Source: Orbicella franksi (taxonomy: Eukaryota). Taken from it: 64,000 nucleotides of DNA. The stretch's first letter is position 1; each line of letters opens with the position of its first letter. The stretch spans positions 7,192,001 through 7,256,000 of the forward strand of contig OZ116707.1 of NCBI GenBank assembly GCA_964199315.1, in the 5' to 3' direction. Positions 37,859 through 51,445 of the stretch are shown here, piece after piece. The position numbers and the translations under genes are program-made. The notes below the pieces were generated by a model. That model was given only the letters and a program-made list of their open reading frames with translations, searched no databases and was not told where the DNA came from.

Positions 37859-39149
37859 GATTTTCAATCATTGTTGATTTCCAGTATTAATATAGTGCAC
37901 CGCACGTTTCTACTGTCAGACCCCATTTTGAATTCCCCAACTGTATCAGGTAGCCACAACTCAAAACCATATCCATTGGATTTGTTCTTCAGTCATTTAA
38001 TATCAGCTATTTCGGATTCCTCCAATTTCGAACTATTCTTGATTTCCCTGGAGAGTTTTTAAACCTAGATTCTGTGTAATGGTGGTTTGTTGAGTCGGCT
38101 TAACTTTCGCGTTGGGACTCGTTCTGCTACTCCCCAGTAACAAAGTGACAAGCAACAAAACACACAGTGCATGTATTTGGCAGTAACACCAAGTAACTGT
38201 GTTTTCATTTCTCGTGTGCTCACAAAAGTTTCACAGCAACAATTAACAACTCTCTTATCATTTGCGTGAGATTGCAAAACGTTTTTTGGTGTATCTTGCA
38301 GCAACGATGAACAACTCTCTTATCATTTGAGGCGCCTGAGCAAAAGACAGGGTTACTTTAGATATTTCAGCGCGTATCTCGGAGCAGCAACAACGAACAC
38401 TCATCTGTTCTGATCTCTGTAATTGTTCTCATCTCTAGATCTGTAATCTCCCCCAAGTAAATGGCGCAGAACAGCAGACATTCGACACAATGAACATCCT
38501 GTGAAAATATGCATTTGTTTAGAAATGTGACTTACGAATTACTTATGAATACCATATCTGAAGGTGTCACAGGTTTCAAGTTAGCATGCCGTGAAAATTA
38601 CTCAGCGGTAGCTAGCAGTTGTTTAGCAATGGGCACTACAGACACTGGTCAACGGAAAATCAAATAGTTAAATCGCATGAGCATACGACAGAAGAGAAAC
38701 GAAAAAACCAAAGGGAGTGGAAAAAGAGAAAGCGCGAGGTGAAAGGCAAAGGTTAAATCACCTTTGACTCAAGGTGATCATGTGATTCCAAATGACAACG
38801 AGGAAACGCCTGTAGTTGCTCAGCCAAAGGCAGCTTCATCCTCTCGAATTGTACTGAATCGAATTATTTCACCCATGGTCAACACGGAACTGAATAATAC
38901 GAAAAAAGTTCCAGGAAAAATGGAATCCTGGCACTCGAGAAGTGTGTTGATGTTGCACCTGGCTCAAGGAAAGTCCCAGAAAAAATCGGTGAAGAGTATC
39001 TCTCAGTTCAAACGACCCGAAATCCAACACAGTCCACACAAGGCTGACAAGGGCATATCACACGTTCAAACACAACTATTGCCTGGTCTGTCAAGGCCCT
39101 CAATACCTAAAGTCAAGAAACGGCTTGTTGTGAAGGAGATGAAATGAGA

Positions 39150-39760
39150 ACTAAAAGAACTAAATCCTGAACATATTAATTATCTGAATCAAGAAAGTAT
39201 TGGCAGTGGAAGCTACAGTCAGTGCTATCATGCCCGTTACAGGGGAATTGACGTAGTCGTAAAGAGGATGATTTACAGCAGTACTGCAGAGGACAAGCTG
39301 AGGGCAAAAAGGGATTGATTTAATGCACGAGGCAGAGGTGATTACTGCACTTGGTGACCATGAAAGACCACCTGTGATTGTAGGTGTCGTCACTACACAA
39401 GAGCCACTTTGTCTCGTCACACAGTTCCATGGTATAAATGGCATAAGTGGCACCCTTCATTATGCTGCAATCTCAAATGTTATCACATCTTCAGAATGCC
39501 TTGATATCTTTGTTGAGATTTGCTCTGCATTAAAGCATGTCCATTCAAGAGGTTTCCTGCACAATAATATCAAGGCTAATAATGTCATCCTCGAAAATAG
39601 AGCAGATTCCAATAGATGCACTCCTATCCTCATCAATTTCAGGAAGAGTAGAAAAGCTTCTATCAATTTTCCACCAGCCTCCATGGATCAAACCAGAGAG
39701 AATCAAGTTCTGCCGGAAAAGAACATTGCTTATTTGAAGGCATCGCTTACATTCCGTTGA
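39150..39760 (+). pseudogene. Protein kinase domain pseudogene
   Basis: Gly loop IGSGSYSQCY and VVVK near 39200-39270, frameshift, then HEAEVI...GFLHNNIKANNV...ILINFRKS (degenerate HxD and DFG). Confidence 0.75.
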
Positions 39761-42700
39761 AAGATACTTTAATGAGTCCAGGTGATCGCACCTGTTACAT
39801 ACAGTGTTGATTCAAGCAGTCAGTATTTGAGTTTATATTATTTTTTAAAGTATAGCATACTTAATATATTATATATTTCAATGTGTTTTAACTCCACTAC
39901 ATAAAAATTAATGTTTGTCTTAATTGTCTGGTATCATCTGTCGTCTGAATACTCACTCTATCCAATGGCCAGTTAGTTATCACACACTTGGCAAGCTGGC
40001 TCTCTTGTTCTCTCTGCTCGCCATCTTGCAAGTTTTACTCTTCGTAGAAAAATTTACACCAAATTTTTCTTTTAAATTATGAGTGAAATAAGTGTTGTTA
40101 AGATATGGAGTGTTTGTTGAATACTGTTAAGTGTTGTATCAAATTGAGAAAACAATCTGTGTACCTTTCTAATGCAAGAAATTCAATGAGAAAGGTTGCT
40201 CGCTCACATATGCTGGTTGTTGAGTGGGATAGCCACTCATCATCCTCGATATCTGATGCTGGGATTGATTAAGAAATAAACAATAGGGTTACAGATGAAG
40301 CTGTTATTCTTTAAAAAATGAAGAGAATTATTTATCAGGTAACAAAATGATGGTGATTTCAATGTCAAAAATGCTGTCACCTTTCGATTTTGTCCAGCTG
40401 ATGGAGTTAAAAATATCAACTGGTCCACATCATTTGCTTGGTTTCCATATAATTTGAGTGCTGTTTATTTTAAAAAACAAAGTGAAATTAGTAGGGCAGG
40501 GTAAAAGGTAGTGTAACAAACAGAACTTACTATGGAACTGTTAAAAGGGTTTTAGGAAATTTCATGAAAACCATGCATGTTTAAGTTTAACCAACCTTTT
40601 TGGCCATCTTTAGAAGTTGTTTCAGCAGTCCAAAAGAGCCAACCTTCTTTGCATTGCTCAAGTACCCTCTGAAAAACCCTTTAGAAATTAATAACATCTG
40701 AGTTAGTGTTAAAAGGTACATTATAAACAGTATATAACTTTCTTTAAATCTTCCTCATGAAGTCATAGCCAAATATTTTTTTCTCCAGGAAAATCTTCTT
40801 CAATTCATATTGATGCACATGATAGTCTATTAGACCAAAATTTACATCTTCATCCAAGTATCAAAACAGGATATAGTTTAATGTCTACTAACAGTCCGAA
40901 TATAGTCCAGATAATGGACTTGTAACAGCTAACTTGTGGATTTATGTTAAGTGGTATGGTGACTTGGATAAAGTGAAATAAAGTGAATTTCTCTTTCCTT
41001 TAGCAGTCCTCCAAAAACATCTTTCCTCCCCCCCCCCCCGACTGCAAATTTATTAGAAAGTGGCATGGAAAAATTTGGACAAATCATGACATTGATTTAA
41101 AATTAAACTAAGGTGTATTAGTTTGCAATAAAAAATCTGATTAAAATAGCAAATACTATAATACTATACAATGTACATGCAAACCTCAATGTAGCTTTGT
41201 TTAATTTTCCATGTAAACTTGCATTGGGACACAGTAAAAGTACCACTAATGGTTTTTTCTCCTTGCGAGCCTGCCAGCATAGCTGTTTGTAAATCCAGAA
41301 CAAGAACAAGTTAAAAATGGTATTTGTTAAATACAGTATCAGTGCTAACATTGCTCCTGACCTCTTCAAAAGTGTGATTTAAAAATGGCAGAATCGGTTC
41401 CTGCACATTGACACAGGATGCCTGAACAGCAGATTCGCATCTGCACACTTCAGTCACTCGACACTCTCTGCTGGATACCCCTGCAAGTATACATTACAAT
41501 GTATATTATTGAAAAAGGTGATACAAAACAATAATTATTATAGTATAGAAAGCCAATTTCTTTTGCTGTTAATTATTAATGATTAAATAATATGAATTTG
41601 ATTCATCTTTAAATACAACTTATTATGAATTATTATTATTTTGTATTATTTGGAAGGTCACATTTATGATGATTGAGGTTATCAATTGCCCTACATTTTA
41701 AATATACTGGTGCAATCTTGTTCCCAAGAATGATTTACAGATTGCAACCTCATTCAGTTGATGTCATGTGACGTGGACTTTGCTGCCGAGCGTGTTCCAC
41801 ATGCGTAAATGGCCATAAGAGTTGAGCGTCACATATTTAAAACCCAAAAGAAGCAATGAAATGGAGTTGACTAATTAGCCACAGCGGCCGCCTTGAAATG
41901 GTCATACGATAATTTTAATTATGTCAAAGAAAGTAAGAACATTGATGGAAGTACATCAAATTTTAAAAAAGCTAACATTGTATTACATATTGTGAACTTA
42001 GCCAACTGTTCAAAACTTCAAAAGTAAATTTTCTGCAGTTGTATTGCTATAATAATTATTTCTTTTACACTCACAGACTGTATACGACTGCTTTTTGAGC
42101 ATTCAGAAAGAATTACAACACATCCCTAATGCCAACTGACTGCCTGGTTCCACAAACCCCAGTGGTTATTCCAGGTAACAAGTGTAAGTACTCTTACATT
42201 ACATGTATTTTAATTGTTTTTTGAAAAAAAAAATCTCTTGTGTCTGCAAAGATTTTATTAAGGTTTGCTGTTGTTGCTATGTTAAGTACCTCCTAAGCCA
42301 TGTGGAGACATGTCCATTGTAAATGTCCAACTGTAGAAGGAAAGAAGAAAGACATAATATTAACATGACTTGACCCAAGATATTACTGACATTAGAGAGA
42401 ACTCAATGAAACAGATTTAAATCACAGAAAAATTACCTGGTCTTAACTGATTGAAGAAAATATTAAAGATATACTTACCATTTATACCATCTCCATGAAA
42501 AGGTTCACCACTTAACCCTGTGTGTGAAACAGAAAATTAATTATTGAGATTACGAAGGCTTTACTGTGTTAAATCTAATGTATGAGTGAAAACAAAGCCA
42601 ATAACTAATTAAAAAATTAATTTTAAGATCTTTAGAATTTTACCTGAGGTAGTACAGGTAGATGATGGTTGCCTTGCATGTCTGATGAATGGTCTTCGTA

Positions 42701-43665
42701 TTGGCACTTAAATAGATGAATTGTTTATTCAAAATCACAACTAGCAGCTATAAGCTGAATTATTTGTGTTATGTACATTAATTTGGTAAAAAATCAAACT
42801 TAAAAGAACTCCTGACTATATCACAAGGAAAAAACTATTATATAATGATTTAATACACCAAATCAAGACGTATAAAAGTTCTATAATTACAATTGTTGCC
42901 TAATTACATAGTGCATTATAAAATGTCTGCACAGTGCATAATAAATGCTAAGTGATATTATAAGGTCTCCTAACATTCTAAAGTCTTAAATTATTGACAT
43001 AGATACAGAGTGGATCTTACATGTTGTACCTTGCACAGTGTTAACTATCTCTATATCATCATCGACTGTGAAAGGGCTCTATAATAGATCAGTATCTGTG
43101 GGGTTTCAGAAAACAATGCATTATTTTTTCCCCTGCTAGTTACATACAGTGTAAGATTATACAGTTAAATCCTGTTTCTCAAACCTACGATGTAAAAATC
43201 CACCATAAAAAGGCTGGAATAATTTATGTGACATCATATGTTTATCATAAATATATAAAATGACTTATGATTGGTCCACAGCTCAAAAAAAATTGTTCAG
43301 GGCACAGCTTGATGTAATTTAATTTTAAATGTATTGGTACCCCGTTTTCACAGCTTCAGGGACCCCTGTTTGCAAAAATGGTAAACAACATCGTGGAAAG
43401 AGTTCTAGCAAATTTTACACTAAAAAAATAGACAAAATTTTTAGGATGGCACATTTTAAACATATGATCACTGAAAAGTTTGCATTGTAGTGACTTAAGA
43501 AGTATTGAGAATTTGGGGTTAAAATTACAAATTATAAGATACTATCCAAAGGAAACTAAATGTCGGTGACTAGTGGTGGATATTTGGCTCAGTAAATATC
43601 AACCACTAGCCACCTTCACTTTGGTGAATAGTTGTTAACTGCTATGTGTCACATTAATGATTCCA

Positions 43666-44076
43666 CTATAGCCTGGCGTATCCAATCGAACAAAATCGCA
43701 CATTTATTTTGCTTTGAGTTCGATTTCCGAACCAATCAAACACAATCGATCGCAGTCCAATTTAATCTGATTTGATTTTGTTTGGAATCAGTCTTTTGAT
43801 AAGTAAATCATGCAGGACTAACCCTTAGGGACAGTGCACCGTACAAAATGTCGGCAATATAAACAAACAGGAGTTCAGTAATTGAACATTCGATTGTCGA
43901 CTGTTCGGTAATCAACGTTCATTTTTTGTTCGATTCTCTATTGTTTGGTAATCGAACGTTCAATTTTTTTTGATTGACCAAAGTTTATTGTGAGTTCAAT
44001 TATGTTCGATTACCGAACCCAATCAAACGATTGGGTTCGATTACCAAACGTTCGATTGGATACACAGGGACTATAG
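43666..44076. mobile_element. MITE-like element with internal AATCGAAC/GTTCGATT repeats
   Basis: Imperfect TIRs CTATAG...GTATCCAATCGAAC / GTTCGATTGGATAC...CTATAG. Confidence 0.65.
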
Positions 44077-44658
44077 TTAGTAGTGATTCAATTCTCTTTT
44101 TATTAATCTTTGTTGTTTGTGTTCCAAGTAAAGTGTCTTAGTATTATTTTGTTTTAAAGCATTACACTTACTTCTTCTAGGTGTTGAGTCAACCTGGGCA
44201 GGTGTGCTGGCCAAAGGGGCAAGAACTGATACTGCAGTAGTTGATGTAGAGGCTGATGTAAGCGTTGAATTGGTGGCCTGGGCAGAGGTTGTGACAACAG
44301 TTACAACATTAGTCACCTGGGCAGACGTTGTGGCGACAGAGAGGACATTGGCTGCCTGGGTAGAAGTTGCGGTGACAATGGTGACATTAGTTGCCTGGGG
44401 AGCAGTTGTAACAACAGGGATGAAATTCAGATTGGTGGCCTGGACAGTACTTGTGACTACAGGGACAAAATTGGTGCCCTGGGTAGAAGTTGCGGTGACA
44501 ACGGTGACATTGGTTGCCTGGGGAGCAGTTGTAATAACAGGGACGAAATTCAGATTGGTGGCCTGGACAGAAGTTGTGATGACAGGGACGGAATTGGTGC
44601 CCTGGGCATCAGTTGCGGTGACAGTGACGATGGCCCTTTGGCCCTGTGTCAACGTCAC
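44077..44658 (-). CDS. Thr/Val-rich repetitive exon (123-bp, 41-aa unit) of an unidentified minus-strand gene
   Basis: TAGAAGTTGCGGTGACA at 44361 and 44484. Candidate upstream exons with AG|GTGAGT donors near 45655 and 45975. Confidence 0.4.
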   Translation of the reverse strand: MTLTQGQRAIVTVTATDAQGTNSVPVITTSVQATNLNFVPVITTAPQATNVTVVTATSTQGTNFVPVVTSTVQATNLNFIPVVTTAPQATNVTIVTATSTQAANVLSVATTSAQVTNVVTVVTTSAQATNSTLTSASTSTTAVSVLAPLASTPAQVDSTPRRSKCNALKQNNTKTLYLEHKQQRLIKRELNHY

Positions 44659-46697
44659 ATTGTTGCCTTGTTTTTAAGATACAAGAAGGAAGCTGAATAT
44701 TATTACTGGGAAACACATCATATATGAAATTTTGTGGAAGGCTACTAGACCTACAAACCTCAGAAACAAACATTTTAATTTTTTGGCTACATTAGACATT
44801 GTCAAACCAGCTCCAAATTATGTGTGCAAGTTTAGTTATGTGTGTCATACATAAACCTATATTTCATTGTACTACATTTTCCAGTCAGTCAGTCCGTCAG
44901 CTAGCTGCAGTGCAGTAGGATTTGTTTTTACTGTCCAGCCAGGTCAAAAAGTATTTCAAAACCTCTGGTAATGTCACTTCAAGAGGTGGCCATCTTCCTT
45001 TAGATTGATTGTAGAACTGGATATTGCATTGTGAAGTAATATCAGGTATGAGGAAAGGGGAAAAATTTAGTATTGTCTACACGTATTTGTCACTAAAAAG
45101 CCTTTTTCAGTAAGATGTCAATAAAGTTCGAACTTGTATTGTACAGTGTATGGTAGATGGAATGTTGTTGAAATGGAATAATTCCTTCAAGAAAGTTATG
45201 GATGGAATATTATTGAAATAATGGCAGTGTTTATGAGGATTTAAATCAAGAACTTAACTCGATTTTGGGCTAACCAAGGTAATGAAACAAATCAACCTCC
45301 TAACTTCTGAAATTAATGACAGTCTGTCATTCAAACATGACCCCTTTTGAAGAAATCTGTTGAATGCATCATAAAAAGAAAATATGCGACTTTGCAAAAA
45401 TTATGGAGAATGTTCGGAAATTATAAATGAAACATCTTGGTGAGTCCGATTGACTACAATTTGGTCTTAGGTGGCAGGTAACGAGCGAGTAACTTTTTAA
45501 TTTGACTTTATTAAGGAAACTGTCATGAGCATGCTTTATTCTGCTACAAAAAGCGCATGTGGCAAGGCCGGGAGAGACGCGGTTCTGGATGCCGCACCAC
45601 ACGCGCGTTTTGTTCCCATTCTTGCACATGTTGCAGGCTAAGTTACTCACCTTTCTTTTGTTTCCAGTACATGAACACTTTTTTGTTCTGGCTGCCGCCA
45701 AAAAGCTCCATTATCTGGTCGCCACTGGGCACTCCGATGTGCACGACCTTCATTGCTGTCCCTTTAGAGTAAGATGAAATGAATCGCAAACTGTTGAAAG
45801 TGAATAAGCAAAATGTCCTGGTTAGTCAAGCATATATTGCTATTCAGCGAACTGTTGAATAGTGATCACTAGAAAGAGATTTATTACGTGGATAATCATC
45901 CATACTTTGAACGATCTAGGCCTGATGTGTAACAGTTACGGTTGCAGTGGATTTTCAATTCAAAGTGATCACTCACCAAGACAAGTCCAAGTTCTCCAGG
46001 CTTGGAAAGGCCGCGATCAAGCTTAGCTTGACCACGTCGGCCAAATGGCTCCTTCTAAACAGGATTTCTTTCACCCGGCCAGCGTCTACAAGTTTTTTAT
46101 ATGCTGACTTTCTTCGAACAGTCTTCCTCCTTTTGGGTAGATGAATAAACGTGCGAAATATCGCTCAACCGGCATGTAGATGATTGAAGTCATTCGGGGC
46201 GTCCGAATCGCTTCCACTTGAACTTGAAAAACTTGAAGAACTCGTAATGGGACCGATTTAAGCGTTATGAAAGGCTTGTGTGTCTTGCTCGAATGCAACG
46301 ACGCTAAACAGTAGTAACAGACTGACAAAGGACGCTAAGTCGCGGCGACACAAAGTAAATTGATACTCTTGTTGGGGGCGGTACCCTTTTAAGACACTGA
46401 CAATGATTCTATTGCAGATTCTATTGTATACTACGTGTTAAGAAAGGTGGCAAAAATGGTATAATTTTCATGACTTTCAGCGATTATTTTACTAGATCTT
46501 ACTACGGGTAGACTAGCACAACCTGAGATCATATACAACCATTATTTTTCTGACAAACGGAGGGAAATAGAATAAAACTGGCAGGTGGCTAATTTTTAAT
46601 GAAAGGAAGGTGTTAGCGAGGCGCTTTTTTTGTCTATTTTCGTAGTAATAGGAAAGAAGAAAAAAAGACCGCTTGATGGTCCTTGATAGCAGTATAT

Positions 46698-46785
46698 TAG
46701 CCTGCAGAACAGGCGGTTTATTTTTGTTGGGGTAATTGCGAGGTCGCGCAAAGCGCGAGGGGAAAATAATTAGTTCTGCAGGCTA
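46698..46785. mobile_element. 88-bp MITE with TAG termini and 9-bp TSD (AcademH-like non-autonomous)
   Basis: TIR TAGCCTGCAGAAC/GTTCTGCAGGCTA; TSD GCAGTATAT at 46689-46697 and 46786-46794. Confidence 0.8.
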
Positions 46786-47243
46786 GCAGTATATTCTCGG
46801 GCACTATGACAGTTTTCTACTATCACAATGGGTTAATTGGGAGGTATACGGAGAGTTTGTTTAATGTACCCAAAATAAACAGAACGGAAATCACAAATGA
46901 AGCATGAATGTATTGGGCGAGTATTTTAAAAAGTTATTTCTAGGCGCGTGGAGCGTTATTTACTTTTTAAATTCTGGACAATATAAGGCCATAACAATAC
47001 CATTAGTTAGTTTAAATAAATCAAAAAAATCGAAGGCAAACAATGACTTTTGTCTATTCATGTACGCCCAAAAGGGTAATCAATTCGGCAATATCAAATA
47101 AAACTTTCCGACTTCTTTGAATGGGAGTGAAATATGCATCACAAAAGAGCTGAGGTGAGACAGTGATTCGGATAACGGTTGTAGCTCGATAAACCTACTG
47201 GACGCATGAACCTAAAAGTCACAAAATCCGCTTTTGTTAAGCG

Positions 47244-47433
47244 GTGGAAATTCATGCTTACCAATACAACATGAATTTAAATTTATTTATTGATTTGGAA
47301 AGGGGACCACGTTCAGCTTTGGTTCAATGGCTCCAAAGGCGGCATTTGATAGCAGATCCTCTTTGGTGTGCACAATGTAATATCACGATGGAACTAACCG
47401 AGAGGAATGACCATGTGGATGGATTTCTCTGGT
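47244..47433 (+). pseudogene. Merlin (ISXO2/IS1595-like) transposase N-terminal exon
   Basis: WLQRRHLIADPLWCAQCNITMELTERNDHVDGFLW followed by a GTGAGT donor; resembles the CxxC..M.L...D...W.C start of Merlin transposases. Confidence 0.5.
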
Positions 47434-50024
47434 GAGTACAGACTACTGCATCAGTGTTTGTCTGATCCAACCCTTTTTGTAATTACCTAAGCGAAGATGG
47501 TTTTCCATGTTCTATTAAAGAAATAAAATCACACCCGAGTGCATTGTTGAGTAATAAAAGCTGGCGGGAATTTTTATAAAAACGAAAGAAGTGCATAGAG
47601 AAACAACAGTGAAACACGAGGCGCATCCGAGTGCTTCTCACACTTCTCGAGTATTCTCTAAAATTCCCGCATCCTCATATCTAACTCAGCAATACAGGAG
47701 GAAGAATATATTAATTTTGAACTGGTACGTGCGTTCAAACTCGTGACGAGAGAAGGAGGTCTGTATGGGAGAAACAGACTGAATTAGCTTGTTAGTAAGA
47801 TGCTTATTATATGGTCAATCAATCAAAAAATAAATAAATAAGAAAATTTAAATTTGCCCCTGGTATAAGAATGTTTGCTATTTCTCTCTTCTCTTAAACT
47901 AACACTATTTTTACAAGATTTCGACTGCCATTAAATTATGGCCTTGCAATTTCATCTCTCTGATCTCTAGCTATATATTTTGACTGCATGTGTTCTTTTA
48001 CTTTTTTTCTCATTGAAATTTTTGGCTTTTTCGTCTGTGGCTGAATACAGTTTCCGTACGCTCTTTAGATTCAATGCTGAGAGAGAGCAGAATTTAAATT
48101 CTTTGTGTGCACAGTTGATCAAAAATATGCGATCGGGCGTTTTATTGTCCTACGAGAAAGGCGCGATTTCTAGGGAACCAATCGTTAGTCGAAAGATTTT
48201 TTTTGGTGGGAGAATCCAGACGTCCGCGGTTATAGCCAATCAAATAAGAGAATTTTTTCCTAGGCCTTATGAGAAACAATCATATAATAAAACGCGGGAA
48301 ATCACACGCATGACATAAGCCGTGTGCTAATATTACCAATCATAGTTCGTGCAGTTTACAGGTTTAGTCGTGTTGGTGTGTAGCAATCAATTGCTTTCTA
48401 ATGTTTTCTAAAACTAGTAATAAACAGACTAGGAGACTGCATTTGACCCAAGATAGGTCTGAAAGGCATTTTCGAGCCGCTTTCAAGGACTACACTTTTC
48501 GGCTGTGTAGAGTAGAGTTATCACTTCTAAATCAAGGCCATTTTTCAACCTTTGTTCGATGCTGATCAGTAGTGGTCAGTATATCCTTGATTCGCATTTC
48601 CAGATAAATCGAGGGGAAAGTTGCTACTTTCTAAAAAAACTAGAAATGTTTATAAACAAACCGATATAAAAACTGTCGGTGTTTGATGCGAATGAATTAT
48701 ATTTGACGGCGGCTTGAAAAATGCCAATTTTTTCTAATTTTTCAGACGTTAGCCCTAGGCTTTCAAGCCTAGGGCTAACATTTAGATGCAGCTAGAGGGA
48801 GCGAAAGGAAAGGGAGCCGTAAAAAACTGAGCACAGAAACGACTAAAATGCGCTTATTTTCTTTCCAAAAGGGAACTACACGAAAAATACAATCGATATC
48901 TTAACTTAATGGTCGTTCACAAGTTAAACTTCTAACAGTGTGATTTTTCTTAAAATTTCACCAGTGCTGGCTAGTTTAAGAAATTATCATGTCAGAAATG
49001 AAAACAAAATCGGGGTCACAGCTAGGGTTTTTGGCCACACGTGCACGCAACTTGCAACCGTTATCCATTGATCCATTACCGCACGATGCTCACCGAAAAT
49101 GAAAATACTACGGTCAACCTTGCGAACTGCAAATAAATCGGTCAAAAATCAAATCCTGTTTTTTTTTATGCACACAAAATCTTGTCGGTATTTCTCTTAT
49201 GTTATATTTTTGGCGCATTGTAGCTCAATTCTTAATAGTGTGTTTTTCTTTTGTTTTATCAGGAGATGTACTGGGTATCGCAAAAAACAAAGCTTGCGAA
49301 CGAACAGGTTTTTCACTGAATTCCTGAAGATCCCTTTAGGAACTCTACTTTGCGTCATGTTTTCCTTCATGCACGAAGAGTCACGACGTAGAATTGCGGC
49401 AACGCTAAACTTAAGGTGAAGTTTAGTTTCTCGCATTTATAGACAACTACAAGATCTGTGCTCAGTGGATCTAGAAAACAGATCATTCCTACCGTTTGGA
49501 GGACCCGGAGCTATTATAAAGTGCGATGAAAGCAAGTTCAATCATAAAGCCAAGGTACTAAACAAATTTACCGGAGTGATATAGCTGCCGTATTCAAAGA
49601 AAACACACAATAAAGAAAGGAAATTAGGGATCAATTAACCGCTTTTTATCGCTTTAAGTTTAAGTTTATGGCAGCCATAAACTGATGTTAATGAGACCTG
49701 AGAGACAATATCTCAAAGTCAGGCACACACATTCTGCATTGTAACACTTTATTTCAGAGACATGTAACACTATGAACCTCGTGTCGTGCTCATAAGTAAA
49801 TCCCAGTAACATAGGTGACATGACACCAATTCCTGATCTCAAAGTCCATCAGGGATTCCCAGTTGAAAACAATCACCCCCTTTGGATATCACAACAAACC
49901 TTTCATTTCCTAAGTAAAGCCACTGTTATCTACATCTGTAAAAGACAGTGTATCAATGGTTCCAGTCATGTCTCTCACATGTCCACCTCATGCCCCTGAC
50001 CTCTAGTCAAGCACATGCTCCTCG

Positions 50025-51445
50025 TTGTATTCAGTCTTCTCGTTTAGCCGATCCTTCACCACTGATTTTTCTTTTGCGGCCACTAATTTTCTGCTTGGCG
50101 TGCTGTACGAAGCTCCGGGTGAAACATTCTCCCACAATCCTGTGACCATACCCAACCATGGACGACGTAATCCTCAAAAACTCTCTCGGACCTGCCAAGG
50201 TCTTGCTGCAAATCCCCTAAACAACGAACAGACCAACTACCGATCAGTGGCCACCGAAGCCCTTCGCCTCCTGCTGGCCCAACATAATCTTGTTCAGACG
50301 GGCACTCGTCAACAACTCGTCACACGCCTTGAAACCCACCTCAACAACTCTCCGTCTGGTGTGGTTACCATCACTGACACTTCTACCAACACGCTACCAC
50401 AAGAAGAGCTAGCGCAGATTATCTCCTCATTAATCGACGAAAAACTAGCTGCACGGAAAGATGGCGGCCAACAACACAACCGGCTAGTTCCCACTCCCCA
50501 CACGGGATCCCATTTAACGGTCCCCAGTCCTCCTATGCCAAGTCCCACCCAAGATGGCGGCCAACCACAACAACAGAGCGTTACTACATTGCCGCCAGCC
50601 TTTCATGCCTTCAACCCATCGGATGGTGGCCAACAACACCAGAGCGTCGCTACACCGCTGTCTGCCTCCCCTGCCTTCAACCCAGCGGATCCAGCCACCG
50701 TCGCCGCTCTCCACCCGGACTTTCGCCAACCCTCACTGGCTAGCCACTTGACAAAGACTACGACGATTGCCATCACGAACGGTGAGTACGTGGACTTTGC
50801 AACCCTCCTCCCCATCTCTTCCCTCCTTGAAGAGGCTCGAACTCCCAGCTCCACATTCAAGTTGGGGCTCGAGGGGTGACTATTCCCCTCCCTGCCACCT
50901 CCAAATGTCCCAAAATCACCTCCATTGAAAAATGGCTGGATGCCTTTGCCATTTTCTCCTCGGTCCTGGTTTCCATTTATCTCTCCCGCACCACCGCGTT
51001 AATTGCCTACCAGCAGTTAATCAGGGACGCAGCGAGGAAATTTCCCGGGATGGCATGGTACGTCTACGACATTGAGTTTCGGCGTCGTGCCTCCCACAAC
51101 CTCTCCCTCAACTGGGGGGAATGGGACGTCCAATTATATCTAGACACATTTACAGGCCTCCCCAACTCTGGCTGCCGAGCCTGTAGTAGCTCTGATCACC
51201 AGGCTGACTCCTGCCCCCTGTCTCCCCCTAGGTCCAGGGACTCCCCGACCCGGTCAGACCTCTGCTACAATTTCAACAACGGTCGTCCCTGTGCCCGCTC
51301 CCCATGCCCCTACAAGCACAGATGCAACCAGCCAGGATGTAGTGCCACCCACTCAGGCCAGGACCACTCCAAACTCTCCCGCAGCAAAGAGGACCACCTT
51401 AAATCATCTACAGGCTCTAGCAACTCCTCCCGCAGCCACTCCTGA
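50025..51445 (+). pseudogene. Ngaro gag-like ORF (frameshifted) with C-terminal Cys/His finger
   Basis: ITSIEKWLDAFAIF..YDIEFRR; CYNFNNGRPCARSPCPYKHRC. Confidence 0.8.

Noticed and set aside
44204-44677. Plus-strand Val/Thr-rich ORF, plus many other antisense ORFs in the track (e.g. 114-350, 14733-15086, 52113-52634)
   Set aside because: Shadow frames of coding or repetitive sequence on the opposite strand.
46377-46410. GGCGGTACCC... as a Merlin left TIR
   Set aside because: No matching inverted copy was found downstream of the C-terminal exon.
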